From an uncultured Methanoregulaceae archaeon (lineage in GTDB: Archaea > Halobacteriota > Methanomicrobia > Methanomicrobiales > Methanospirillaceae): DNA of 64,000 nt. Shown piece by piece: positions 32,183 through 41,915 of the stretch. Every line of letters begins with the position of its first letter. Position 1 is the stretch's first letter. The DNA lies in assembly GCA_963705255.1 (NCBI GenBank), contig OY970061.1, positions 480,001-544,000 of the forward strand. The letters run 5' to 3'. The position numbers and the translations under genes were made by a program. Below the pieces are notes generated by a model that ran no database searches, was not told where the DNA came from, and saw nothing but the letters and a program-made list of their open reading frames with translations.

Positions 32183-34924
32183 ATGCTCGAAGAGGAATAC
32201 CAGCTCGACTATTTCAAGACCCAGGGGCTGACACGGAAGATCTGCAAAAGCTGCGGTTCGGCGTTCTGGACCCGCGACAGCTCGCGCGAGATCTGCGGGG
32301 ACGCCCCCTGCGAGCCCTATACCTTCATCGGCAACCCGGTCTTTGCGCCCCACACCCTCGACAGTATGCGCGAGGCATACCTCTCCTTTTTTGAGAAGCA
32401 GGGGCATACCCGGGTGGAACGGTACCCCGTGGTGGCACGCTGGAGGGACGACATTTACCTCACGATCGCGTCCATCGCGGACTTCCAGCCGTTCGTGACC
32501 GGCGGCATCGTCCCCCCGCCGGCCAACCCGCTGACCATCTCCCAGCCCTGCATCCGGCTCAACGACCTCGACTCGGTCGGCAGGTCCGGGAGGCACCTGA
32601 CCACGTTCGAGATGATGGCGCACCACGCCTTCAACACTCCCACGGAAGAGATCTACTGGAAAGACCGGACCGTCGAACTCTGCGACCAGTTCATCGCGTC
32701 CGTCGGCGGGGATATCAACCGGGTGACCTACAAGGAGCACCCGTGGATCGGCGGCGGGAACGCCGGGCCGAGCGTGGAAGTGCTGATCGGCGGGCTCGAG
32801 GTGGCGACCCTCGTCTTCATGAGCCTCGGGCGGCAGAAGACCAAGGACCCGGGCTACGAGCTGAACGGCGAGATGTACTACCCGATGAAACTCAGGATCG
32901 TGGACACCGGCTACGGCCTCGAGCGGTTCGTCTGGGCATCCAAAGGCTCTCCCACGATCTACGACGCCGTATTCCCCGAGATGGTCAGCAGGGTGATGAG
33001 CTCGGCCGGGCTCAGCCACATGCTCGACAACAAGGACTATACCAAGATCCTTGCCCTCAACGCGAAGTTCGCCGGGCTCATGGACATCTCCGGCACCAAC
33101 CTCTTCAACCTGCGCAAGAAAGTAGCGGCTGCAATCGAAGTCTCCCCGGAAAAACTCGACAAGATGATCACCCCCATCGAGAAGGTGTACGCCGTCGTCG
33201 ACCACACCCGCTGCCTTGCCTATATGCTCGGGGACTGCATCGTGCCCTCGAACGTCAGGGAAGGCTACCTCGCCCGGCTGGTCATCCGCCGGACCCTGCG
33301 CATGATGGCCGAGCTCAAGATTGAAGAGCCCCTTGCCGATCTCATCGAGCAGCAGACCAGGATCATCGGCACCCGGAAGTTCGAGCAGGACCTCGGCGTA
33401 GTCCGCGAGATCGTCGACCGGGAGACAGAGAAGTACGCGTCCACCCTCGAGCGCGGCACCAGGATCGTCCAGAAAGTCGCAAAGACCTACAAGGCAAAGA
33501 GCCAGCGGGTCCCCTTAAGCGAGATCATCACGCTCTACGACTCCCACGGGATCCAGCCGGAGATGATCAAGGATATCGCCGCCAAGGAGGGGGCCGTGGT
33601 CGACCTCCCGGACAACTTCTACTCCATGGTCGCGGACATGCACTCCGGGTCGAAGAAGGAAGCCGAAGAGGACCGGACCGGGAAGTATGCCGAGCGGGTA
33701 CAGGGCCTCCCGCCGACCAGGAAACTCTATTATGAGGAGCCTTCGGAGATCGAGTTCGAGGCCGTCGTGCTCGACTTTTTCGACGGCTATGCGGTGCTCG
33801 ACCAGACCCTCTTCTACCCGGAAGGAGGGGGCCAGCCGGCAGATACCGGGACGCTCGTTTCCGCGGAGAGCATGGTCCGGGCCGACGGGGTCGTCAAGGT
33901 CGGCGAGGTCATCCTCCACCACGTGGGCGGGGGCGTCCTCCAGCGCGGCGACCGGGTGAAGGGGATGGTGGACGAGGAACGGCGCTGGTCGCTGATGCGG
34001 CACCACACGGCTACCCACATCCTCCTCCATGCTGCAAAGGAAGTGCTCGGCGCCCATATCCACCAGGCCGGGGCCCAGAAAGGGAGCGAGTCCTCCCGCG
34101 TGGACCTCCGCCACTTCAAGCACATCACGGCCGACGAACTCCGCCGGATCGAGATCGCGGCAAACCGGATGATCATGGCAGGCCAGCCGGTGGAGATCAC
34201 GGTCGAGGACCGGACGAAAGCCGAACAGAAATACGGGTTCTCCCTCTACCAGGGAGGAGTGCCCCCGGGCAGGACCATCCGTATCGTGAAAGTTGCCGGG
34301 GACGTAGAGGCGTGCGCAGGCACCCACTGCCGGAACACCGGTGAGGTCGGCGTCATCAAGATCATCCGGGTCGAGCACATCCAGGACGGTATCGAACGCA
34401 TCGAGTTTGCGGCCGGCGTTGCCGCCATCTATTATATGCAGCACCTCGAGCAGATCGTTGCATTGGCCGCAGACACCCTCTCCGTGCAGTTCGAGAACCT
34501 GCCGCCAACGGTATCTAGGTTCTTCTCGGAATGGAAAGACCAGAGGAAGGAGATCGAGCGGATGAGCGCAAAACTGGTCGAGCTGGAGATGCAGTCACTG
34601 GTTGCCGAACCGGTCGGCGGCGTATCGGTCGTGGTCAGACGGATCGACCTCCCGCAGAAAGAGCTCTCGGCCATTGCCACCTCCGTTGCGGAAAAAGGCG
34701 GCGTGGCACTCCTCGCCGGTGCCGGGGAGACGGTCCGGGTGGTCCTCGCATCGGGAGACCCCCGGGTGAATGCCGGGGAGATCATCAGCCAGGTCTGCAG
34801 CCTGCTCGGGGGAAAAGGCGGGGGGAAGGCAGCGATGGCCCAGGGTGGCGGGCCGGATGCGAACCAGCTGGACCTCGCACTGAAAGTCGGACGCGAACGC
34901 ATCCTTGCGGCACTGCATGGCTGA
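32183..34924 (+). CDS. alaS: Alanine--tRNA ligase (archaeal type)
   Basis: ASIADFQP, HLTTFEMMAHH and DTGYGLER motifs; HHTATH and CAGTH editing motifs; GGKGGG. Confidence 0.98.
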   Translation: MLEEEYQLDYFKTQGLTRKICKSCGSAFWTRDSSREICGDAPCEPYTFIGNPVFAPHTLDSMREAYLSFFEKQGHTRVERYPVVARWRDDIYLTIASIADFQPFVTGGIVPPPANPLTISQPCIRLNDLDSVGRSGRHLTTFEMMAHHAFNTPTEEIYWKDRTVELCDQFIASVGGDINRVTYKEHPWIGGGNAGPSVEVLIGGLEVATLVFMSLGRQKTKDPGYELNGEMYYPMKLRIVDTGYGLERFVWASKGSPTIYDAVFPEMVSRVMSSAGLSHMLDNKDYTKILALNAKFAGLMDISGTNLFNLRKKVAAAIEVSPEKLDKMITPIEKVYAVVDHTRCLAYMLGDCIVPSNVREGYLARLVIRRTLRMMAELKIEEPLADLIEQQTRIIGTRKFEQDLGVVREIVDRETEKYASTLERGTRIVQKVAKTYKAKSQRVPLSEIITLYDSHGIQPEMIKDIAAKEGAVVDLPDNFYSMVADMHSGSKKEAEEDRTGKYAERVQGLPPTRKLYYEEPSEIEFEAVVLDFFDGYAVLDQTLFYPEGGGQPADTGTLVSAESMVRADGVVKVGEVILHHVGGGVLQRGDRVKGMVDEERRWSLMRHHTATHILLHAAKEVLGAHIHQAGAQKGSESSRVDLRHFKHITADELRRIEIAANRMIMAGQPVEITVEDRTKAEQKYGFSLYQGGVPPGRTIRIVKVAGDVEACAGTHCRNTGEVGVIKIIRVEHIQDGIERIEFAAGVAAIYYMQHLEQIVALAADTLSVQFENLPPTVSRFFSEWKDQRKEIERMSAKLVELEMQSLVAEPVGGVSVVVRRIDLPQKELSAIATSVAEKGGVALLAGAGETVRVVLASGDPRVNAGEIISQVCSLLGGKGGGKAAMAQGGGPDANQLDLALKVGRERILAALHG

Positions 34925-35516
34925 CCCTGTCCTCGTCCTCGAACCCGGCGACGAACGGGCTCAGAAGATCGCAAAAGCGATGTCCAGCCAGACCGCCGGG
35001 GAGATCCTCCGGCTGCTCGGGGAGGGCCAGAAGAGCCTGACCGACCTTGCCGAACGGCTGGCCCTCCCGATGAACACGGTGAAATACCATGTCGGGAACC
35101 TGCTCGATGCCGGGCTGATCTCGGTCGCCGATACCAGGTACAGCGTAAAAGGGCGGGAAGTGAAGATCTATACCCTCACCAACCGGCTCCTCATTGTCGC
35201 CCCCCGTCAGTCCGATGTCCGCTCGCTGCTGCTGAAATATGCGTCACTGTTCGGTATTGTCGCCGTTGCCTCTCTCACGGTCGCTGTCATCCTGCCCCTG
35301 CTTGAAGAAAACGTGAACGCCCCCGTCATTGCGCCCGCAGCTGCCGGAGTGATGCGGGAGACACCTGCGGTGGCATTGAAAGCGGGCTGGGGGGGGACTG
35401 CCGCCCCGGCTGCCACTGCTGCGATCGATCCGGCACTCGCCTTCTTCCTTGGCGGGGTTCTTGTTATCCTTGTACTGCTCTGCTACGAAGCGTGGCTCTG
35501 GAAGAGACGGGGATGA
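34917..35516 (+). CDS. ArsR-type HTH protein with C-terminal TM segments
   Basis: SLTDLAERL...TVKYHV.NL..AGLI, YSVKGREVKIY; two hydrophobic helices. Confidence 0.85.
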   Translation: MADPVLVLEPGDERAQKIAKAMSSQTAGEILRLLGEGQKSLTDLAERLALPMNTVKYHVGNLLDAGLISVADTRYSVKGREVKIYTLTNRLLIVAPRQSDVRSLLLKYASLFGIVAVASLTVAVILPLLEENVNAPVIAPAAAGVMRETPAVALKAGWGGTAAPAATAAIDPALAFFLGGVLVILVLLCYEAWLWKRRG

Positions 35517-35640
35517 ATGGCAAAGCCTTTCATGACATACCTGAAGGCAGGGCGGGATATATTTTTTAAGCGGGATAAAAAATCCTGTCAGGTACATTTT
35601 TATAAATCTCCCGGGAAATCGTTGGAACACTATTCTAACG

Positions 35641-36085
35641 CTCTTGGGGGCGACGAACCTCACGGAACGTGAGGTGAGGCGGGAGAAGAACGCGAAGCGT
35701 TCTTCGACTATCTCGAATCCGCAGTCGAAGAATTCTGACGAATTCGGCGAAGCCTGCGGGCTTCTTCTGTCTCAAGTCTGATGACTCTCGACATTCTCCA
35801 ATTAATCCTCGCTGTGTGACGAAGGAACACGAGAAGAGAGCCATAAGGCTCTCTTCGCTGATGCGACGATTAATTCCCCGCCGCTGGGGCATCCCCCATA
35901 ATGTGATAATCACTCAGAAGGCAAGCGAGAAATTCCCAAAGGAAGGGAGGAATAATTGACGGGTCGAAGATTTACTTCGTAAATCTTCTCCTCTTCGAGG
36001 TCTGAAGACCTCTCGGAGATTCAAGGGGACGCGCCCCTTGGGCTGCCTCCCCCTCTGGGGGAGAGAGGGGGTCACCCTCACATAC
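35641..36085. repeat. Cluster of REP-like hairpins (BIME/MITE-like element)
   Basis: At least 8 hairpins, including family copies at 35682-35708, 35830-35859 and 35963-35991. Confidence 0.7.
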
Positions 36086-36148
36086 ATTCCAGAATCTTTT
36101 TCCAGTCTGGTCCTTACCCGGAATCCCGCTTTAGAAAATACATTTGCG

Positions 36149-36976
36149 TTATTTTCCGCGTCTCGCCATGACAGCCAGAAGCAGGCCTGCTACGGTAACA
36201 GCACCGATGACCGGTAAAGGAGAGAGCGGGGACTTGGTCTCCGTAGGCCACGGGGTCGGGACCGTAATGGTGGTCATGGTTTTCTGCACCGGTGCAACGG
36301 TCGTCGGCACAGCGGTTATCACCGCCGTTGCAGGTGCTGCGACCGTGAAGGTAGCCCTCCCGATATATCCGTTTGCATCCGAGAAATCCACCTCATATTC
36401 TCCTGCCGACGTGACGATCACGTTCTGGCTGAACGTTCCCGCACCGGTCCGCATGTCACTGGTGGTCCCGATCCACTGTGGCCCGAACATCCGCCCGTTC
36501 GGGCCGGTGACTTCAATCTCAACGCCTGCAGAGCCTTCTTTTGCTACAGAGCCCGCGATCGTAAGTGCGTTATCAAGGTTCTGGGTCAGGGCCGATGTCA
36601 CCGTGAGATCCCCGGAGCGGTCGATCACCTGGACAAACTGGAGGGTCACCGAATCGGACCGGGCGGTCAATGACCCGGGGACCTGTGCTTCGACCTTGTA
36701 ATTTCCCCCGGGCAGGCCGGTAGTATCGAAAATCGCAGTCTGGTTTTTCTGGTCACCCTGGCTGGTTACGGTCTGGCTACTGACTTCGGTTGCGGTATAC
36801 TGCGTCTGGTACAGGACAACAGTAAATGCGGTTCCAGCCGGGAAGTCCCCGCCAAGAGTACACTGGAGCGGAACACCGGTCTGGACCTTGGGGGGGCAGG
36901 TGAGGTAGACCCCGTAGGCCGATACTGTTCCCACGATGCACATCAGGAACAGTGCGATGAATATGAACCGTTTCAT
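36149..36976 (-). CDS. Exported protein with Thr/Pro linker and C-terminal membrane anchor
   Basis: Signal peptide ending TVSA; KSPLSPLP followed by a TM helix and RRGK. Confidence 0.85.
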   Translation of the reverse strand: MKRFIFIALFLMCIVGTVSAYGVYLTCPPKVQTGVPLQCTLGGDFPAGTAFTVVLYQTQYTATEVSSQTVTSQGDQKNQTAIFDTTGLPGGNYKVEAQVPGSLTARSDSVTLQFVQVIDRSGDLTVTSALTQNLDNALTIAGSVAKEGSAGVEIEVTGPNGRMFGPQWIGTTSDMRTGAGTFSQNVIVTSAGEYEVDFSDANGYIGRATFTVAAPATAVITAVPTTVAPVQKTMTTITVPTPWPTETKSPLSPLPVIGAVTVAGLLLAVMARRGK

Positions 36977-37146
36977 ACCTACAGGTTCGAATGGCTGAAA
37001 TTAAAATGATATCCCTTGGACTCAAGCGTGAGGATGCAGGAGAACATACCTGCAGGTTATGGGAACAGCCAGCGGACTCCCGGAACATAATCAAAAACTG
37101 AAAGACCGGAAAAGAACGGTACAGGCAGGAAAGGTGCGGCCGCGGA

Positions 37147-37752
37147 TCAGATCATGCCGATGAAATTTTTCAGGATGCGGAGACCCGCGGCCCCGCTTTT
37201 TTCCGGGTGAAACTGGACACCGTACGCATTGCCGTTCCCGACCGATGAAGCGAACCGGCAGATATAGTCCGTGGACGTGAGCGTATACTCCGGCAGGGTA
37301 TCCGCATGGTAGGAATGAACGAAGTACACGTATTCTTCTTTCCCGAGACCGGCAAAGAGCGGGCAGTCGTCCTTCGCGAGGGTGAGCGAGTTCCAGCCCA
37401 TGTGGGGTACCTTGAACCCCGGCACGCGGGGGAACCTTCTGACGCCCCCGGGAATGAGCCCGAGCCCCGCGTGGAGCCCGTGTTCCTCGCTCGTCTCCAT
37501 GAGCATCTGCATGCCAAGGCAGATGCCGAGGAGCGGCACGTCGCGTGCGGCGTTCACCACGGTCGTTTTCAGTTCCCCGAGCTGTTCCATCCCTTCATGG
37601 AATGCCCCGACCCCGGGGAGAACGAGGCCTTCAGCAGCAGCGATCTCTTCTGCACTGCCGGTTATGACCGCATCCGCCCCGGCTTTTTCAAGCCCCCGGA
37701 TAACGCTGCGGAGGTTTCCAAGACCGTAATCAACAATGGCTATCTTCGTCAT
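37147..37752 (-). CDS. hisH: Imidazole glycerol phosphate synthase subunit HisH
   Basis: DYGLGNL, LPGVGAF, GICLGMQ, VPHMGWN and QFHPEKS motifs. Confidence 0.97.
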   Translation of the reverse strand: MTKIAIVDYGLGNLRSVIRGLEKAGADAVITGSAEEIAAAEGLVLPGVGAFHEGMEQLGELKTTVVNAARDVPLLGICLGMQMLMETSEEHGLHAGLGLIPGGVRRFPRVPGFKVPHMGWNSLTLAKDDCPLFAGLGKEEYVYFVHSYHADTLPEYTLTSTDYICRFASSVGNGNAYGVQFHPEKSGAAGLRILKNFIGMI

Positions 37753-38209
37753 CCTCACGTTCCTCCCGGATCCGCCACCGCCCCTCCGGGACCCATGCCG
37801 GCGGGAGTCCCCGGGCCCGCTGCCATTCCGACAGCCGGCGGGGCCGGTCCTCCCGGAGGTCCGGGTATTCCTCTGCGATCATATGGATCAATGCCATATC
37901 GCTTGACGGGCACATGAAACAACCGATCCGGCCGGGGCGGCGCCCGTACGGGATGTTCCAGGGTGCCGAATCCGGCACCTTGTTCAGGAGCGCCAGGTGC
38001 CCCTCCGGAATGAGGGGAACCCCGAAACGCTCTCCGTAGATCCGGTTGATACGCGCCACGTCGGCGGGAAATGCGGGGCGTGCATCTCCCCGGGGGGTCA
38101 ACGGCACCTCGCGGGTCCCTGCGCCGCAGGAGCACCTGCGGGCCAGTACCCGGAGAATGGCAGGTATCGCACCAGCGCAGAAGGATCCTGCCAGGATATG
38201 GGGGGGCAT
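37730..38209 (-). pseudogene. Internally deleted PAPS-reductase-family gene
   Basis: N-terminal (L)RWCDTC...CSCG...TP.GDARPAF...LLNKVPD joined directly to C-terminal RIGCFMCP...GRWR; catalytic core absent. Confidence 0.7.
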
Positions 38210-38346
38210 CTCTCTAATCATACGTCATGCGGGGTTAAAAAGGGAAGGGGGACGCCGCAGGCTCCCGGACTCCTGACGGCAGGTCAGGTGCGTTGCTGAT
38301 GCGGGAGTATTGATATATACCATTCTTTCCCACTTTACTGGGACGC

Positions 38347-38607
38347 ATGATCGACACATGGCTTGTTGCCGCACTCTGCTTCTCTCTCCTGACATTCGGA
38401 GCGCTCTTCCGGGTGAACCGCGCCAGGACATGGTACGACGGACTTGTAGCGGCAGTCGTTGCCATCACCCTTGCAGCAGGGGCAGGACTCTTCCTGAGTA
38501 TCACGCTGGGAAACCTCCTTGTCCTTGACGGGACCATCATCGCAGCGCTGACGGCCTACATCATCGTCATTGCGCTCGCAAAATTCCCGGGAGGCGATCG
38601 GGAATGA
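38347..38607 (+). CDS. MnhF/MrpF-like membrane protein
   Basis: Three TM helices; D.LVA and LD..I...L..Y motifs. Confidence 0.6.
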   Translation: MIDTWLVAALCFSLLTFGALFRVNRARTWYDGLVAAVVAITLAAGAGLFLSITLGNLLVLDGTIIAALTAYIIVIALAKFPGGDRE

Positions 38608-38975
38608 ATCCGGCAGCCGACATTCTCATATGGGTTCTCCTGGTCGCCGGGGTGGGTTTTGCAGCCCTCGGGTTCACCGCCCTTCTGATATTTCCTGATA
38701 TCCGAAGCCGGATGTATACCGCGGTAAGGGCAACCATCATCAGTGCCGGAGCGTCTGCAACCGCCATTATTGTTTTCGGGCTGAATGCCCTGCTCGGGGG
38801 CGGCGGTTACCAGTACCTTACGCTCATCCTGCACACCCTGGTTCTGTTCTGTGTCATCGTAACTGCCAGTCTGGTCATCTCCGGGATAATTCTTGAAAAG
38901 ACCCGTTCCCCGGAATTCTGTACGGCATCCGCCCGCACAGCTCCTGCGGAAACGGATGAAAAAGATACATCCTGA
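38604..38975 (+). CDS. MnhG/MrpG-like membrane protein
   Basis: LLIFPDIRSRMYTAVRAT resembles the MnhG RFPD.Y.R.HA motif. Confidence 0.65.
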   Translation: MNPAADILIWVLLVAGVGFAALGFTALLIFPDIRSRMYTAVRATIISAGASATAIIVFGLNALLGGGGYQYLTLILHTLVLFCVIVTASLVISGIILEKTRSPEFCTASARTAPAETDEKDTS

Positions 38976-39069
38976 AAAAAATTCTGATATCGTCTGTCCT
39001 GCTGAATTTCACGGGAGGAAGAAATTCACGTGAAAAAAGGGCGCCCGGAAGGTCTCCCCCCGGCCGGAA

Positions 39070-39408
39070 TTACTCTTCGGCGGGCGGGGCCTCTTCCGGC
39101 TCCATGAAACAGAGCACCCCGGATATCCCCAGGATGATAACCGCGGGCAGATAGAGGAAGAGCAGGTTGAGCGTCCCTGCGAGCGGGACGGACAGGGTGA
39201 TGAAAATCGCCGAAAAGAGGAGCATCCACCCGGCAAACCGCGTCTCTTTGTTCGCGATTGCGACCCCCATCAGCCCGAGACTTGAGAAGAGTGCGGTCTG
39301 GACCCCGGAGAGGGTCACGTCATGCGATGGTGCAGAAAGTATGACAAAGAGTGCGGTCAGGATCCCAAGGACACTCCCGGTGACCCCCAGTATGAACTGT
39401 CTTTTCAT
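39070..39408 (-). CDS. Small hypothetical membrane protein
   Basis: Four hydrophobic segments. Confidence 0.7.
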   Translation of the reverse strand: MKRQFILGVTGSVLGILTALFVILSAPSHDVTLSGVQTALFSSLGLMGVAIANKETRFAGWMLLFSAIFITLSVPLAGTLNLLFLYLPAVIILGISGVLCFMEPEEAPPAEE

Positions 39409-39782
39409 GTTTTTTAAAAAGGTGCGGGTGAGGATAAATGTTGCCCTCCGGAAAAATGCGGCCCGCTCACTGCCTGCAAACGACTGGTATGCCCGGAACA
39501 CCTTCAGAATGCGCGTTTTTTTCCAAACGGACGGTCATTTTTGAAATTGCAAATCCTTTGATTTGTTGAGTTTTTTGAAAACCGGGCAAAATTGTAACAA
39601 TTGCGCATTTTCTGATGTATTACTTTGATAATCAGTTTTTTCCTAATATCGCGCCAGTTTTCTTTGGTAAAAGTGGTGGTTTAGTGCAATTCTATGCCTC
39701 AAAATGCCATTGCGACCAAAATATTTATTAATTGATAGATTAAGAGAAAATATAACCCTTTCCGGTAGGAGGTGGAAACCAC

Positions 39783-39860
39783 ATGGCAGCAGCAAAGAAG
39801 GCGGCAAAGAAGCCGGAAGCAAAGAAGCCCGCAAAGAAGGCGGCAGCAAAGAAGAAATAA
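39783..39860 (+). CDS. 25-aa Lys/Ala-rich small protein MAAAKKAAKKPEAKKPAKKAAAKKK
   Basis: GGAGGTG at 39768-39774, TATA-like TTTATTAA at 39724, T-rich downstream tract. Confidence 0.75.
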   Translation: MAAAKKAAKKPEAKKPAKKAAAKKK

Positions 39861-40065
39861 TCTTTGCAGTTATTTTACACATTTTTTCGCAGCGATTTTT
39901 TTCCGGATCTCCAAGAACGGATTCCGGAATGGCTCTTGAAACCCGGCAGATACGCAGTTTTTTCAACAACCGGCGCGTGACGACCAGAACCGGCACGCTA
40001 CCGGATTAAACCGCCCGGGACCTGGCACCCCACCATGAATTTTCCGGCAATAAAAAAATCCCTGG

Positions 40066-41145
40066 TTAACCAACCAGCACCGGATAATCGGTATATCCTC
40101 TCTCCTCACCTTCATAGAACGTTGCAGCATCCTCCTGGTTCAGGGATGCGTGCCTCCGGAACCGCTCGGGAAGATCCGGGTTGGCGAGGAACGGGACGCC
40201 AAACGCGATGAGGTCGGCTCCACCCTCCTCTATTGCCGCTGTTGCACTCTGCCCGTCATATCCCCCGTTGAGCATGAGAGCTCCGCCGAATTTCGCCCGG
40301 ATGACGGAAGCCAGCCGGTTACCGGCTGCCGGGACCGGCGTCCTGCCCCCGAGAGACTCTACCAGGTGGACGTACCCGATACCAATCCTGCCCAGCCCCT
40401 CAACAAGGCAGGAGAAGGTCTCCCGGGGATTTGAATCCGCCATGCCATGGACCAGGAAATGCGGCGAGATCCGGTACCCGACCCGTTTCCCGCCCCAGAC
40501 ACGGGCAACTGCCCCGGCGACCTCGAGCGGGAGGCGTGCCCGGTTCTCTATGCTGCCGCCATAGGTGTCGGTCCGCCGGTTCGAACCGTCCCGCAGGAAC
40601 TGGTCCAGCAGGTAGCCGTTGGCCCCGTGAACCTCGACGCCATCGAAACCCGCAGCCTTCGCATTCACCGCCCCGTCCCGGAACTGGCCGATGATGGAGG
40701 GGATCTCGTCGATCCCGAGTGCACGGGGGACCGGGATCATCTTCTTGGCACCGGACGGCGTGTGGATCTCCTCGCCGACGGGGAGCGCTGAAGGAGCCAA
40801 TGGGAGTGCGCCGCCAAGGAAATCCGGGTGCGACATCCGCCCCACGTGCCAGAGCTGGAGAAAGATCTTCCCACCGGCTCCGTGTACGGCTGCGGTCACT
40901 TCCTTCCAGCCGGCGACCTGCCCCTGCGAGTAGATCCCGGGAGTCCGCTGAAAACCGACACCCATGGGGCTCACCTGGGACCCCTCGGTTATGATGAGCC
41001 CTGCCGATGCCCTCTGCCGGTAATAGGTGACCGAGAGCGGGCCGGGAACATTGCCTTCGAGTGCGCGGCAGCGGGTCATGGGCGCCATGACCATGCGGTT
41101 CGGGAGCGTCAGATCGCCAAGAACATACGGAGAGAACAGGCTCAT
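40066..41145 (-). CDS. Old yellow enzyme family alkene reductase (NemA-like)
   Basis: MAPMTR, QLWHVGR, HGANGYLLDQF and NRRTD.YGGS motifs. Confidence 0.93.
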   Translation of the reverse strand: MSLFSPYVLGDLTLPNRMVMAPMTRCRALEGNVPGPLSVTYYRQRASAGLIITEGSQVSPMGVGFQRTPGIYSQGQVAGWKEVTAAVHGAGGKIFLQLWHVGRMSHPDFLGGALPLAPSALPVGEEIHTPSGAKKMIPVPRALGIDEIPSIIGQFRDGAVNAKAAGFDGVEVHGANGYLLDQFLRDGSNRRTDTYGGSIENRARLPLEVAGAVARVWGGKRVGYRISPHFLVHGMADSNPRETFSCLVEGLGRIGIGYVHLVESLGGRTPVPAAGNRLASVIRAKFGGALMLNGGYDGQSATAAIEEGGADLIAFGVPFLANPDLPERFRRHASLNQEDAATFYEGEERGYTDYPVLVG

Positions 41146-41271
41146 CATTGCTCCTTTGTGTCGGGAAACGGGTTGCTCCCGACCTTCTCCGGGCAACCCG
41201 GGAATGGCTCCGGTCTCCTGCAGGCCTGAGACTGCGCGGACGGGGTTTTCCCTGTTCCCTTGGAAACGATA

Positions 41272-41802
41272 TCACCTCTGGTATGTGGCAATAGCCTGAC
41301 CCCCGTACTGCACCATGTGGCCTTCCATGGCCTTCATGAGGACATCCAGGTTTGAGCCCGGCGGGATCTCCAGTTTTTTGTCAAGCCCGTACACGTTGAA
41401 ATAGTACGTGTGGACTTCCCCGGGTGGCGGACATGGACCGGTATACCCGATCTCTCCGAACTCGTGCTGCCCCTGGACTGCGTCAAACGGGCGGGTGACC
41501 ACGACCTCTCTGGGAATATTCTCCGGAATAATGTCCCGTGCCGCGATATTCCAGATGATCCAGTGGGTGTACATCCTGTCAGGACCGATGCCGTCCTGCA
41601 GGATGATCGCAAGGTACTCCGAATGGATCCGGTCGATATGGATCTCCGGTGAGATGTTCTCCCCGTCGCAGGTATATCGTTCCGGGAACATCTGGTAATC
41701 GAAACCGGTACTGACAAGCAAATTTTCTGTCTGCTCCTCCGCCATGTATGCCACGACCTGTAAGATTCCTGTCTCTGTGGATGGAGGTGTTGGTATATCC
41801 AT
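41272..41802 (-). CDS. YbhB/YbcL (PEBP) family protein; start uncertain
   Basis: YTCDGENISP, THWIIWNI and GYTGPCPP...HTYYF motifs. Confidence 0.88.
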   Translation of the reverse strand: MDIPTPPSTETGILQVVAYMAEEQTENLLVSTGFDYQMFPERYTCDGENISPEIHIDRIHSEYLAIILQDGIGPDRMYTHWIIWNIAARDIIPENIPREVVVTRPFDAVQGQHEFGEIGYTGPCPPPGEVHTYYFNVYGLDKKLEIPPGSNLDVLMKAMEGHMVQYGGQAIATYQR

Positions 41803-41915
41803 GGTGAGAGATAGTCCCATTCCCTGTTTTCAAAAAATGAAAGATAGTATCAGGACCGGATAGTGCAGGGAGGCATATCCGGGAGAGACCCGGGTTCTGT
41901 GAATGTCTCCGGGAA

